In this document: positions 1 to 8,127 of the stretch, one piece after another
Layout: every line of letters starts with the position of its first letter
Numbering within the stretch: the first letter of the stretch is position 1
Assembly (NCBI GenBank): GCA_012517755.1
Contig: JAAYUH010000031.1
Span: 1-35,239 of the forward strand
Length of the DNA stretch: 35,239 bases
DNA from: a bacterium
GTDB lineage: Bacteria; Caldisericota; Caldisericia; B22-G15
Reading direction: 5' to 3'
Position numbers and translations under genes: made by a program
The notes under the pieces: generated by a model
Database searches by the model: none
What the model was told of the DNA's origin: nothing
What the model saw: only the letters and a program-made list of their open reading frames with translations

Positions 1-1416
1 AACTTCATCCCACATATTTCCATATTTAATTCCATACTCAGTCTTTCTCTCATTCAGCCATGTTGTTCTTGCTTGGCTTCTTTTCTGTTCTTCAAGTGTT
101 TTAATTATTTCATCTTTTACACTTTCAAAAGTGGCTGTTACTGCTGGTATTTTGTCGTATACATAAACTATTTCATAACCCTCAGTTGTTTCAAATGGTT
201 TGGAAAATGTTCCTTTCTTCAATGAAAAAACTACATTATCCCATACATCACCTTTTGTTCCTTTACTAACTTCTCCCAAATCTCCACCACTGTCTTTAGT
301 GTTTGTATCATCAGAATATTGTTTTGCTAAACTATCAAAATCTGCACCTTTTAATAATTTATCATAAATTTCATTAACAAGATCTATTTTTTTTTGAATA
401 TCTTCTTGTGCAGCCGTTTTATCAATTGTAATTAAAATATGCTTTGCCTTAACTTTTTCAGGTTGATCATAACTTCTTCCTCTAATTTTCGTATCAAGCA
501 CTTGAATTATATGAAAACCATATTGACTTTTAATAACCTCGCTAATTTCTCCGGGTTTAAGTGAAAATGCAGCATCTTCAAATTCTTTAACCATTTCCCC
601 TTTACCAAAAAATCCTAAATCTCCACCTTTATCCTTTGAACCAGTATCTTCTGAATACTCTGTTGCTAATTTAGCGAAATCTTCACCTTTAAGAATTCTT
701 TCTCTCAACTGTTCGGCTAAAGCCTTTTTTTCATTTATTGTTGCTTCGTCTGCCCCTTCGTCAACTTTTATCAAGATATGTCTTGCCCTAACTTGTGTGA
801 CTTCATTAAAATAGTTTTTTGCATCCTCTTCAGTTACCTTTATTTGTGAATAAATTGGAGCAAGACACTTTGCTTCAAGAATATCTGGAATTACATATTT
901 TTTTATCTCTTCTCTTAACGCTTCCTCATTTTTATATTTTGAGGATTCAATTGCTTTTTTATACTCTTCTTCTGATTGAAATCCACTTTTAATATTTTCA
1001 ACTTCTTTATCAATCTGTTCTTTTAACTCTTCATCTGTTGGTTTAATATTATTTCTTTTTGCATATTCTTCAACAACAGCACTGTTAATATATTCCTCTC
1101 TAATTTGTTCGATTATGGATTCAAATATTGATGCATATTGAGGATCCTCAGGATCAATCCCATAACTTTTATACTGATTTTTAACTGCCTCAATTCTTGC
1201 ATTTAATTCAGATTTTTTAACAACTGTCGAACCAATTTTTGCTTCGACATCTCTATCTTTATATGCAATTAAATATGTTGCCCCAAAGACAACTATTATT
1301 GCAATTAAAAACATTGCTATTGATTTCAATATAATATTTTTAATTTTACCTTTATCTAAAGTTCCTTCTTCTTTTTTCATCTTTCTTTCCATCTTAATCT
1401 TCTGTTGCCTTCCCAT
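1..1416 (-). CDS. PpiC/parvulin-type peptidyl-prolyl isomerase, membrane anchored, two parvulin domains (3' end runs off the window)
   Basis: Absent from the ORF track because there is no stop inside the window. My own minus-strand translation from ATG 1416-1414 (GGAGG 7 nt upstream) gives MGRQQKIKMERK..., then a TM helix IAMFLIAIIVVFGATYLIAY. Two parvulin blocks follow: ARHILIK..GGDLGFFGKGEMVKEFEDAAFSL..GFHIIQV and AKHILIT..GGDLGEVSKG..GYEIVYV. The frame is open to base 1. Confidence 0.8.
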   Translation of the reverse strand, partial: MGRQQKIKMERKMKKEEGTLDKGKIKNIILKSIAMFLIAIIVVFGATYLIAYKDRDVEAKIGSTVVKKSELNARIEAVKNQYKSYGIDPEDPQYASIFESIIEQIREEYINSAVVEEYAKRNNIKPTDEELKEQIDKEVENIKSGFQSEEEYKKAIESSKYKNEEALREEIKKYVIPDILEAKCLAPIYSQIKVTEEDAKNYFNEVTQVRARHILIKVDEGADEATINEKKALAEQLRERILKGEDFAKLATEYSEDTGSKDKGGDLGFFGKGEMVKEFEDAAFSLKPGEISEVIKSQYGFHIIQVLDTKIRGRSYDQPEKVKAKHILITIDKTAAQEDIQKKIDLVNEIYDKLLKGADFDSLAKQYSDDTNTKDSGGDLGEVSKGTKGDVWDNVVFSLKKGTFSKPFETTEGYEIVYVYDKIPAVTATFESVKDEIIKTLEEQKRSQARTTWLNERKTEYGIKYGNMWDEV

Positions 1417-1472
1417 TGTGCTACCTCCTTGTCCATAGTATTATATCATAAAAGTTTTGTTATAATATTAAT

Positions 1473-2003
1473 ATGAATAGAAAGATAAAAATTGTTCCTT
1501 TGAATGATCCTCCAAATTTTATTCTTAACGAAATAAAAGGGAACTATGAAAAAATTTTTAATTTTCCAGTTTTGATTGGGAAAAATATAAAAATTCCTGA
1601 TAACTTTAGAAATTCATCAAAAAATCAATACCCTGTTAGAAAATTATTATTTTATATAAAGGAGAATATTGTAGATGATTGTTTGAAGATAATTGGTGTT
1701 ATTAATAAAGATATATATGAAGAAGGTTATAATTTTCTGTTTGGCTCTGCAGAATTTAATGGTAAATATGCAGTTGTCTCTTTATTTAGATTGTATGATG
1801 AAGATAAAAATCTATTTTTAAATAGATCTATAAAAGAGTCAACTAATGAATTAGGTCATACCTTTGGTTTAAATCATTGTAATAACAAAAGTTGTGTTAT
1901 GAATTTTTCTTTAACAATAAATGATGTTGATATAAAAGAAAAATATTTTTGTAAATTGTGTGAAACAAAACTCAAAATCTCTTTAAATAAAATTTTAACT
2001 TGA
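1473..2003 (+). CDS. Archaemetzincin-like (peptidase M54-like) protein with altered zinc motif
   Basis: C-terminal NELGHTFGLNHCNNKSCVMNF..(16 aa)..CKLC matches the archaemetzincin signature HExxHxxGx3Cx4CxM..CxxC, except that the first His is Asn. No SD; TGTTATAAT ends 6 nt before the ATG. Confidence 0.6.
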   Translation: MNRKIKIVPLNDPPNFILNEIKGNYEKIFNFPVLIGKNIKIPDNFRNSSKNQYPVRKLLFYIKENIVDDCLKIIGVINKDIYEEGYNFLFGSAEFNGKYAVVSLFRLYDEDKNLFLNRSIKESTNELGHTFGLNHCNNKSCVMNFSLTINDVDIKEKYFCKLCETKLKISLNKILT

Positions 2004-2071
2004 ATTGAAAAAGTTAAAGAATATGATAAAATTTAAAAATTAACTTTGATAATAAGGAGGATTTTTAGAAT

Positions 2072-2326
2072 ATGGCAAAAAGAATCAAGGCAGGAATAAA
2101 AGATGCTAAACAAAATATAAAAAGAAGGGAACAGAATAGATATTATAAAACAAGAATTAAAAATCTTATAAAAGAAGCAACTGATGCTCAAAATAAAGAA
2201 GATTTTCTTGAAAAAGCAAAAAAAGCAATTTCATTTATTGATCATGCTGTATCTAAAGGAGTAATTCATAAAAATACGGCAGCAAGAAAAAAAAGTAATT
2301 TAATGAAAGAGGCATCAAGATTTTAG
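2072..2326 (+). CDS. rpsT: 30S ribosomal protein S20
   Basis: 84 aa, basic, MAKRIKAGIKDAKQNIKRREQNR..IHKNTAARKKS is typical of S20. AAGGAGG lies upstream. Confidence 0.9.
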   Translation: MAKRIKAGIKDAKQNIKRREQNRYYKTRIKNLIKEATDAQNKEDFLEKAKKAISFIDHAVSKGVIHKNTAARKKSNLMKEASRF

Positions 2327-2884
2327 AATAGTTAATTCCATTCTCTCTTTTTGAAAGCCTTTACTTAATTTTATAGTTGTTTCTATCTCTTCTAATCTTT
2401 TCAAAATTGTTTTAAGTTCATTGAGATTGAATTCGCTTGCTTCATCTTTAAGAAGAGAATACTTATAAGGATTTATTTTTAAAGCATCAATTATATCCTT
2501 ATCTTTAACACCTTCTAAAATAGAGATTTTAACATCGATAAGTGATACTATATGATTTAATATAGTATAAAATAGTCTTTCAAAGTTCTCTCCCCTATCA
2601 ATAATTTTATTAAAGTTCTCGAGAAATTTTCTTTTTTTATTTTTTATAAAATAATCTATTAAGTCAAAAATATTTGGTATATCAACTTGATAAACATATT
2701 TTTCAATATCTTCTTCATCTATTATATCTTTCTCAATTAAGGATAATTTTTCAATTTCACCAATTAAAATATCAAGATCATTTTCACAACTAAATATCAA
2801 TTTATATAAGGCTCTTTCGCTAATATTTTTATTTTTTTCTTTAAATTTTTTTTCAACCCATTTTTTTAAAATCTCTAAACTCAT
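2315..2884 (-). CDS. holA: DNA polymerase III delta subunit, C-terminal part (frame-disrupted gene, see 3030-3341)
   Basis: This reading frame stays open upstream to the stop at 3074-3076 and there reads [21 protein letters not shown]. That matches the conserved holA block (compare B. subtilis FPFMGERRLVIVKN). The helical C-terminal domain is typical of delta. Confidence 0.65.
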   Translation of the reverse strand: MSLEILKKWVEKKFKEKNKNISERALYKLIFSCENDLDILIGEIEKLSLIEKDIIDEEDIEKYVYQVDIPNIFDLIDYFIKNKKRKFLENFNKIIDRGENFERLFYTILNHIVSLIDVKISILEGVKDKDIIDALKINPYKYSLLKDEASEFNLNELKTILKRLEEIETTIKLSKGFQKERMELTILKS

Positions 2885-3029
2885 ATTTTTGTCATTTACT
2901 ATTTTAACATTATCTTTAATTTCTTCTGGAGGAATAGGAATTTTTCCATCTCTATCATCAAATATTATGACTCTATTTTTAATATTTTTGAAATAATCCC
3001 ATTTAAAATTTTCAATTTTTTGTGCGTTT

Positions 3030-3341
3030 TTAACTAATATAACCTTTGAAGAAGAAAAAAAAAGAGGGTGAATCTATAGAATCTATTAAATTCCTTAAAT
3101 TAGATTCACCCTCTAATATTAAAATATTCGAAACTTTAAGGTTTAATTTTATTTTTTCTATAAGTTGATTTTTTAAATAATTAGCATCTCCAATAAGAAT
3201 ATAATAAGGTTTTAGATTTCCTTTATTTATTTCATTAATTGTTGATATATAATTAACCTTTTGAGATACTTTCTTTTTCTTCAATTTTCTTAAATATGAG
3301 AGATTCAGTTTCTTTATCAACAAGAATTGAATCTCCGTCAT
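3030..3341 (-). CDS. holA: DNA polymerase III delta subunit, N-terminal part (frame-disrupted at the A9/T9 run 3055-3063)
   Basis: [21 protein letters not shown] is the usual holA N-terminal motif. The ORF ends 8 codons after a T9 run, and the continuation is in another frame. AAGGGAG lies 6 nt upstream of ATG 3341; an alternative TTG is at 3284. Confidence 0.6.
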   Translation of the reverse strand: MTEIQFLLIKKLNLSYLRKLKKKKVSQKVNYISTINEINKGNLKPYYILIGDANYLKNQLIEKIKLNLKVSNILILEGESNLRNLIDSIDSPSFFFFFKGYIS

Positions 3342-5727
3342 TAAATTCTCCCTTTAATAGCTTTTCTGATAGAGGGTTTTCAAGTTCCTTTAATATCATT
3401 CTCCATAAATTTCTTGCTCCAAAATTTCTATCAAATCCTTTATCTATTATAAAATCCTTAGCTTCTTCAGTTAATTGAATCATAATGTTTCTCTCTTTTA
3501 GTTCTTCTTTTATTCTTTTAAGCATGATATCAAGGATCTTCTTGACATCTTCTTTAGTAAGGAAATTAAATACAACAATCTCATCTATTCTATTCAAAAA
3601 TTCTGGTCTAAAGGTATTTTTAAGTTCAAAAATTACTCTATTTTTCATCTCCTTATAATCGATATCTTCTCCTTTAACAAATCCAAATTTTTTCATTGAA
3701 TCAAAAGTTGTGCCAAGGTTTGATGTAAGAATTATTATTGTATTTCTGAAATCAACGATATGTCCTTGACTATCAGTTAATTTTCCTGAATCAAGTATCT
3801 GTAATAATATATTAAAAATATCTGGGTGTGCTTTTTCGATTTCATCAAAAAGAATTATTGAGTATGGTCTTCTTCTTACCGCTTCAGTTAATTGACCCCC
3901 CTCTTCATATCCAACATATCCTGGAGGCGAACCAATTAGTCTTGAAACATTAAATTTTTCCATATACTCTGACATATCGAGTCTTATCAAGGCATCTTCG
4001 CTATCAAAAAGAATTTCGGCAAGTGCTTTTGAAAGTTCTGTTTTTCCTACTCCAGTTGGACCTAAGAATAGGAATGAACCTATAGGTTTAGTAAGGTCTT
4101 TAAGTCCTGCTTTTGCTCTTCTAATTGCTCTTGATACAACCTGAACAGCTTCATTTTGATCTATTATTCTTTTATGTAACTCATCTTCGAGCTTTAATAA
4201 CTTTTCTTTTTCTTCTACCAACAATCTTTTAACTGGAATTCCTGTCCACATCGAAACAACTTCTGCTACATCTTCTGGAGTCACCTCTGGTCTTTCAGTT
4301 TCTCTTATTTTTTTCCATTTTAACTTACTCTCTTCAAGGTCTTTTTTAAGTTTTGCCTCTTCATCTCTAAATTTTGCTGCAAGTTCAAAATTTTGTTCAT
4401 TTATTACTTTATCTTTCTTCTCTTTTAAGTCTTTTATCTTATTTTCAAGTTCAACAATATCTTGAGGTTTGAGTGTTAATCTTAATCTAACTTTTGCAGA
4501 TGATTCATCAATAATATCAATTGCTTTATCTGGTAAAAATCTTGATGTTATATATCTTGTCGAAAGCTTAACTGCCTCTAAAATTGTATCATCTGTAATT
4601 CTGACTTTATGATGGTCTTCATATCTACTTCTTAGTCCCTTTAAAATAGAAACTGTATCATCAAAAGATGGTTCTTCAACCATAATAGGCTGAAATCTTC
4701 TTTCAAGTGCAGAATCTTTTTCTATATATTTTCTATAATCTTTAAGAGTCGTTGCTCCAATACACTGAATTTCTCCACGAGAAAGTTCAGGTTTTAAAAT
4801 ATTTGAAGCATCAATTGCGCCTTCTGCACTACCTGCCCCCACTAATGTGTGTATCTCATCAATGAATAATATGACTTCTCCTTGACTCCTTTTTATTTCT
4901 TGAAGCACTCTTTTCATTCTTTCTTCAAACTCACCTCTATATTTTGTGCCAGCAACAAGAGAAGGAAGATCTAAAGCTATTACTCTTTTATTTTTTAATG
5001 GCTCAGGTACTTCATATTTAATTATTTTTTGTGCAAGGCCTTCAACAATTGCTGTTTTTCCAACACCTGGATCTCCAATTAATACAGGATTGTTTTTTGT
5101 TCTTCTTGAAAGAATTTCAATGACTCTACTAATTTCTCTTTCTCTTCCTATTACAGGATCAAGTTTATTTTGTTGGGCAAGAAGTGTAAGATCTCTTGAA
5201 AATTGATCAAGAGTTGGGGTTTTAGTTCTTTTTTCAACTCTTTCTCTCCTCTCTTCTGTTTTTCTGCCATATTTTTTATCTTCAATCATTTGATAAATTT
5301 CTTCCCTTAATTTTTCTGATTCAACTCCAAGATCATTAAGAACTTTTATTGCCATACCCTCTCCTTCTTCAAGAATTCCTAAAAGTATATGTTCAGTATC
5401 AACATAATATTCTCCTATTTCTTGAGCTATCATCTTAGCAAGTTCGAGTATTCTTTTTACTCTTGGAGTTAAAATGATTCTTTTAGAGGAATAGAAATCT
5501 TCTTCACTACTTAAACCATTTACCATTTCCCTTACTTTTGCTGCTATTATTCCATATTCAAGATTGAAATTTGAAAGAGCCTTTGCAGCCATACCATTTT
5601 CAAGTCTACTCAATCCAAGAAGAAGATGCTCTGTTCCTATATAGTTATTGTTTAATCTTTGCGCTTCTTCTTGAGCAAGATAGAAAACCTGTCTTGAATT
5701 ATCTGTTAGATAATCCCAAAATTCCAT
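3253..5727 (-). CDS. clpC: ATP-dependent Clp protease ATP-binding subunit ClpC
   Basis: Two Clp_N repeats, two AAA+ modules ([16 protein letters not shown]), a short UVR-like linker ([17 protein letters not shown]) and a ClpP-docking loop (KKFGFV). GGAGG (5740-5736) overlaps the track's GTG start at 5736, so ATG 5727 (8 nt spacing) is preferred. Confidence 0.9.
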   Translation of the reverse strand: MEFWDYLTDNSRQVFYLAQEEAQRLNNNYIGTEHLLLGLSRLENGMAAKALSNFNLEYGIIAAKVREMVNGLSSEEDFYSSKRIILTPRVKRILELAKMIAQEIGEYYVDTEHILLGILEEGEGMAIKVLNDLGVESEKLREEIYQMIEDKKYGRKTEERRERVEKRTKTPTLDQFSRDLTLLAQQNKLDPVIGREREISRVIEILSRRTKNNPVLIGDPGVGKTAIVEGLAQKIIKYEVPEPLKNKRVIALDLPSLVAGTKYRGEFEERMKRVLQEIKRSQGEVILFIDEIHTLVGAGSAEGAIDASNILKPELSRGEIQCIGATTLKDYRKYIEKDSALERRFQPIMVEEPSFDDTVSILKGLRSRYEDHHKVRITDDTILEAVKLSTRYITSRFLPDKAIDIIDESSAKVRLRLTLKPQDIVELENKIKDLKEKKDKVINEQNFELAAKFRDEEAKLKKDLEESKLKWKKIRETERPEVTPEDVAEVVSMWTGIPVKRLLVEEKEKLLKLEDELHKRIIDQNEAVQVVSRAIRRAKAGLKDLTKPIGSFLFLGPTGVGKTELSKALAEILFDSEDALIRLDMSEYMEKFNVSRLIGSPPGYVGYEEGGQLTEAVRRRPYSIILFDEIEKAHPDIFNILLQILDSGKLTDSQGHIVDFRNTIIILTSNLGTTFDSMKKFGFVKGEDIDYKEMKNRVIFELKNTFRPEFLNRIDEIVVFNFLTKEDVKKILDIMLKRIKEELKERNIMIQLTEEAKDFIIDKGFDRNFGARNLWRMILKELENPLSEKLLKGEFNDGDSILVDKETESLIFKKIEEKESISKG

Positions 5728-5811
5728 ATCGATCACCTCCAGTTCTCAAATTAATTATAACACTCAATCATGGAAATGACTCGAAACCTAATTGAAATTA
5801 TTTGAATATTT

Positions 5812-6078
5812 TTATAATCCCTTTTCGACAGGATATATAGCAATAATTAAGTCTTTATTTATCAAGGAAAAATCTGATTCTCCAATTTTTTCATTATTTA
5901 AATTTTTAATTTCAATTTCAACAACTGGTAAGAATTTAGTATCTTTTAAAAATTTATTTAAAGCATCCGAAAATCTCATTTCTTCTGGAACAGATATTTT
6001 ACCATTGATAATAAAATTACTGCTGGTTAAGATAGTAACTTCAACTTTTCTAATTTTTGGTCCTAATGGAACACCCAT
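5812..6078 (-). CDS. Small hypothetical protein (88 aa)
   Basis: GGAGG at 6089-6085 sits 6 nt before ATG 6078 (MGVPLGPKIRKVEV...). The track's longer start at 6120 lacks an SD. I recognise no family. Confidence 0.5.
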   Translation of the reverse strand: MGVPLGPKIRKVEVTILTSSNFIINGKISVPEEMRFSDALNKFLKDTKFLPVVEIEIKNLNNEKIGESDFSLINKDLIIAIYPVEKGL

Positions 6079-6150
6079 TTTTGACCTCCAAAAAATTTCA
6101 TATTTGTAGTATAATAACATAAAATTAAATAAAGAGGTAACGATATAAAA

Positions 6151-6681
6151 ATGGAATTTAAAGGAGATTTAGGATTTTTAGGAATAAATGATGTAATTCA
6201 AACCCTTTCATCGATGGGTAAAACTGGGAAACTCGAAATAGTTATACCCAAAAAGGGGAAAGGTGAGTTATTTTTTAAAAATGGGAAATTAATTCATGCA
6301 CATTCAATTGATAATATTGGCAAGGAGGCGTTGATTGAAATAATGAGTTGGAGAGAAGGTAGCTTTAGATTTATTGAGAATATAATACTCCCTCCTCCAA
6401 CTATAGATGACGATACTTCAAAAACAATTCTTGAAGCAATTACAGGACAGGATGAATTTAAATCAAAAGAAGAGACCCTTAATTTTATTCCAGAAATTAA
6501 CAATGATATTAAGTTAGATAGTTTTATATTAGATAAAGACGAATGGAGAATAGTTATGAGTATTGATGGTAAAAAGAGATGTCGTGATATAATAGAAGAG
6601 ATAGGTAGTGAAAAGGTGAAATTTTTAAATATGATTGAAGAAATGTATAAAAAGGGTATAATTTTTTTGAGAAAGGAGTAA
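6151..6681 (+). CDS. DUF4388 / PATAN-domain protein
   Basis: N-terminus GDLGFLGINDVIQTLSSMGKTGKLEI....GELFFKNGKLIHA....GKEALIEIMSWREGSFRF is the PATAN (PatA N-terminal) pattern. Its position upstream of Roadblock and MglA genes is the classic context. Confidence 0.75.
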   Translation: MEFKGDLGFLGINDVIQTLSSMGKTGKLEIVIPKKGKGELFFKNGKLIHAHSIDNIGKEALIEIMSWREGSFRFIENIILPPPTIDDDTSKTILEAITGQDEFKSKEETLNFIPEINNDIKLDSFILDKDEWRIVMSIDGKKRCRDIIEEIGSEKVKFLNMIEEMYKKGIIFLRKE

Positions 6682-6684
6682 AAA

Positions 6685-7170
6685 ATGGCTGAAGGATTAA
6701 GTTCAATAGTTATCTCTGAAGAAGATTTAAGAAGAGTTGATGATTATCTTGCGCAAACTTTGGCTGATTCACAAGCCAAAAATATTTTATTAATAGATAG
6801 ATCTGGTCAATTAATTACTAAACATGGATCAATTTCAAGGAGAGATGCGTCAAATATAAGTGCACTTTCTGCTGGTTTATTTTCTGCCACAAATGAACTT
6901 GCAAAACTTTTAGGAGAAAAAGAGTTTACTGTTACATTTCATCAAGGAGAGGAAGCAAATATTCACATTTCCCTTCTTGTTCCACAAATTCTTCTTGTAA
7001 TAATATTTGACAATAGAGCACCTATTGGGGCAATTAGATTCTGGTCAAAAAAAATCTATTCTGAAATCTCACCCTTTTTAAAAAATGTTCAAACAGTAAA
7101 GGAAAGAAAAATTGAAGAGAAAGAGGGTTTTGAGGAAGAGATAGAAAATAAACTCGATAATCTTTTCTAA
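6685..7170 (+). CDS. mglB: Roadblock/LC7 domain protein (MglB-like GTPase-activating partner)
   Basis: LIDRSGQLITKHG...SALSAGLFSATNELAKLLGE...ILLVIIFD has the Roadblock/LC7 pattern. The gene lies immediately upstream of the mglA-like gene. GGAG SD present. Confidence 0.7.
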   Translation: MAEGLSSIVISEEDLRRVDDYLAQTLADSQAKNILLIDRSGQLITKHGSISRRDASNISALSAGLFSATNELAKLLGEKEFTVTFHQGEEANIHISLLVPQILLVIIFDNRAPIGAIRFWSKKIYSEISPFLKNVQTVKERKIEEKEGFEEEIENKLDNLF

Positions 7171-7183
7171 ATAGATTAAGAAG

Positions 7184-7762
7184 ATGGCATTAATAAATTA
7201 CTCAGCAAAAGAGATAACTTTTAAAATTGTTTATTATGGTCCTGCTATGAGTGGAAAAACCACAAATTTAAGATTTATTTATGATAGATTACCAGAAGAG
7301 CTCAAAGGTAAATTTACATCAATAGCCACTCAAGATGAAAGGACGCTTTTTTTTGATTTTTTACCACTTGATCTTGGAACTATAAAAGGATTCTCAATAA
7401 AATTATCACTTTACACAGTGCCAGGACAAGCTATTTATTCCTTAACAAGAAAGACAATTTTGAGAGCAACAGATGGTATTATTTTTGTTGCTGATTCACA
7501 AAAGCAATTATTTGAAAAGAATATTGAAAGTTTAAAAGATATGATTGAAAATATGAAAGAATATGGTTTAAACTTAGAAAATACTCCAATAATTTTACAA
7601 TACAATAAAAGAGATCTTGATGACATAGTTTCTGTTGAAGATTTGAATAACTCCTTAAATTTTAACTCCTTTCCGTATCTTGAAGCTGTTGCTATTCAAG
7701 GCATAGGGGTTATGGATTCTTTAAAACTTATTTCTAAACTTGTTGTAAGAAAAATTACTTAA
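7184..7762 (+). CDS. mglA: MglA-family small Ras-like GTPase
   Basis: P-loop GPAMSGKTT, MglA-type switch II TVPGQ (Thr where Ras has Asp) and the NKRD specificity motif. 192 aa. Confidence 0.85.
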   Translation: MALINYSAKEITFKIVYYGPAMSGKTTNLRFIYDRLPEELKGKFTSIATQDERTLFFDFLPLDLGTIKGFSIKLSLYTVPGQAIYSLTRKTILRATDGIIFVADSQKQLFEKNIESLKDMIENMKEYGLNLENTPIILQYNKRDLDDIVSVEDLNNSLNFNSFPYLEAVAIQGIGVMDSLKLISKLVVRKIT

Positions 7763-8127
7763 AAATCATTTTCAATATCAACCTCTATTTTAACTTTATC
7801 CCCATCTTTTAGATTGAATTTTTCTCTTAATGAATAGGATGAAATAATTTCAAAAATATTTTTATGTTTAGTTTTTTCAGGTAAAACTATATATGCATCC
7901 AAATTATTTATTTTACAAGGAGATATTAATACTTTCCCATAACCATTAAACTCATCTATGATATAACAATTTTTAAATTTCAATTTTTTAATTGAACTAT
8001 TAATTTCAACATTTAAAGTACCATCATAAATATCTTTTTTAATGATTTCTTTCATTTTTTCTTTATAAATTTTTATATATTTACTCCCCTCTTTATTACC
8101 AGATTTAACAACTCCTTCAAATATCAT
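7759..8127 (-). CDS. ribK: CTP-dependent riboflavin kinase, archaeal type (RibK / DUF120 family)
   Basis: GTLNVEI and the C-terminal LREKFNLKDGDKVKIEV closely resemble M. jannaschii RibK as I recall it (GTLNLKL, LREQFNLKDGDVIKILI). 122 aa. Confidence 0.75.
   Translation of the reverse strand: MIFEGVVKSGNKEGSKYIKIYKEKMKEIIKKDIYDGTLNVEINSSIKKLKFKNCYIIDEFNGYGKVLISPCKINNLDAYIVLPEKTKHKNIFEIISSYSLREKFNLKDGDKVKIEVDIENDF

Noticed and set aside
5728-5736. GTG start (MIDMEF...) for clpC as given in the ORF track
   Set aside because: The GGAGG at 5740-5736 overlaps that GTG. ATG 5727 has 8-nt spacing and gives the usual Clp_N start.
5737-5811. CtsR operator (GGTCAAA direct repeat) upstream of clpC
   Set aside because: No tandem GGTCAAA-like heptads are present. 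Only the TGTTATAAT promoter element and an SD were seen.
5792-6109. 105-aa + strand ORF mirroring the 5812-6078 minus-strand gene
   Set aside because: It has no SD, and its product is low-complexity and Phe/Ile/Ser rich. The minus-strand ORF has GGAGG at ideal spacing and is co-oriented with clpC, so only the minus-strand gene is kept.
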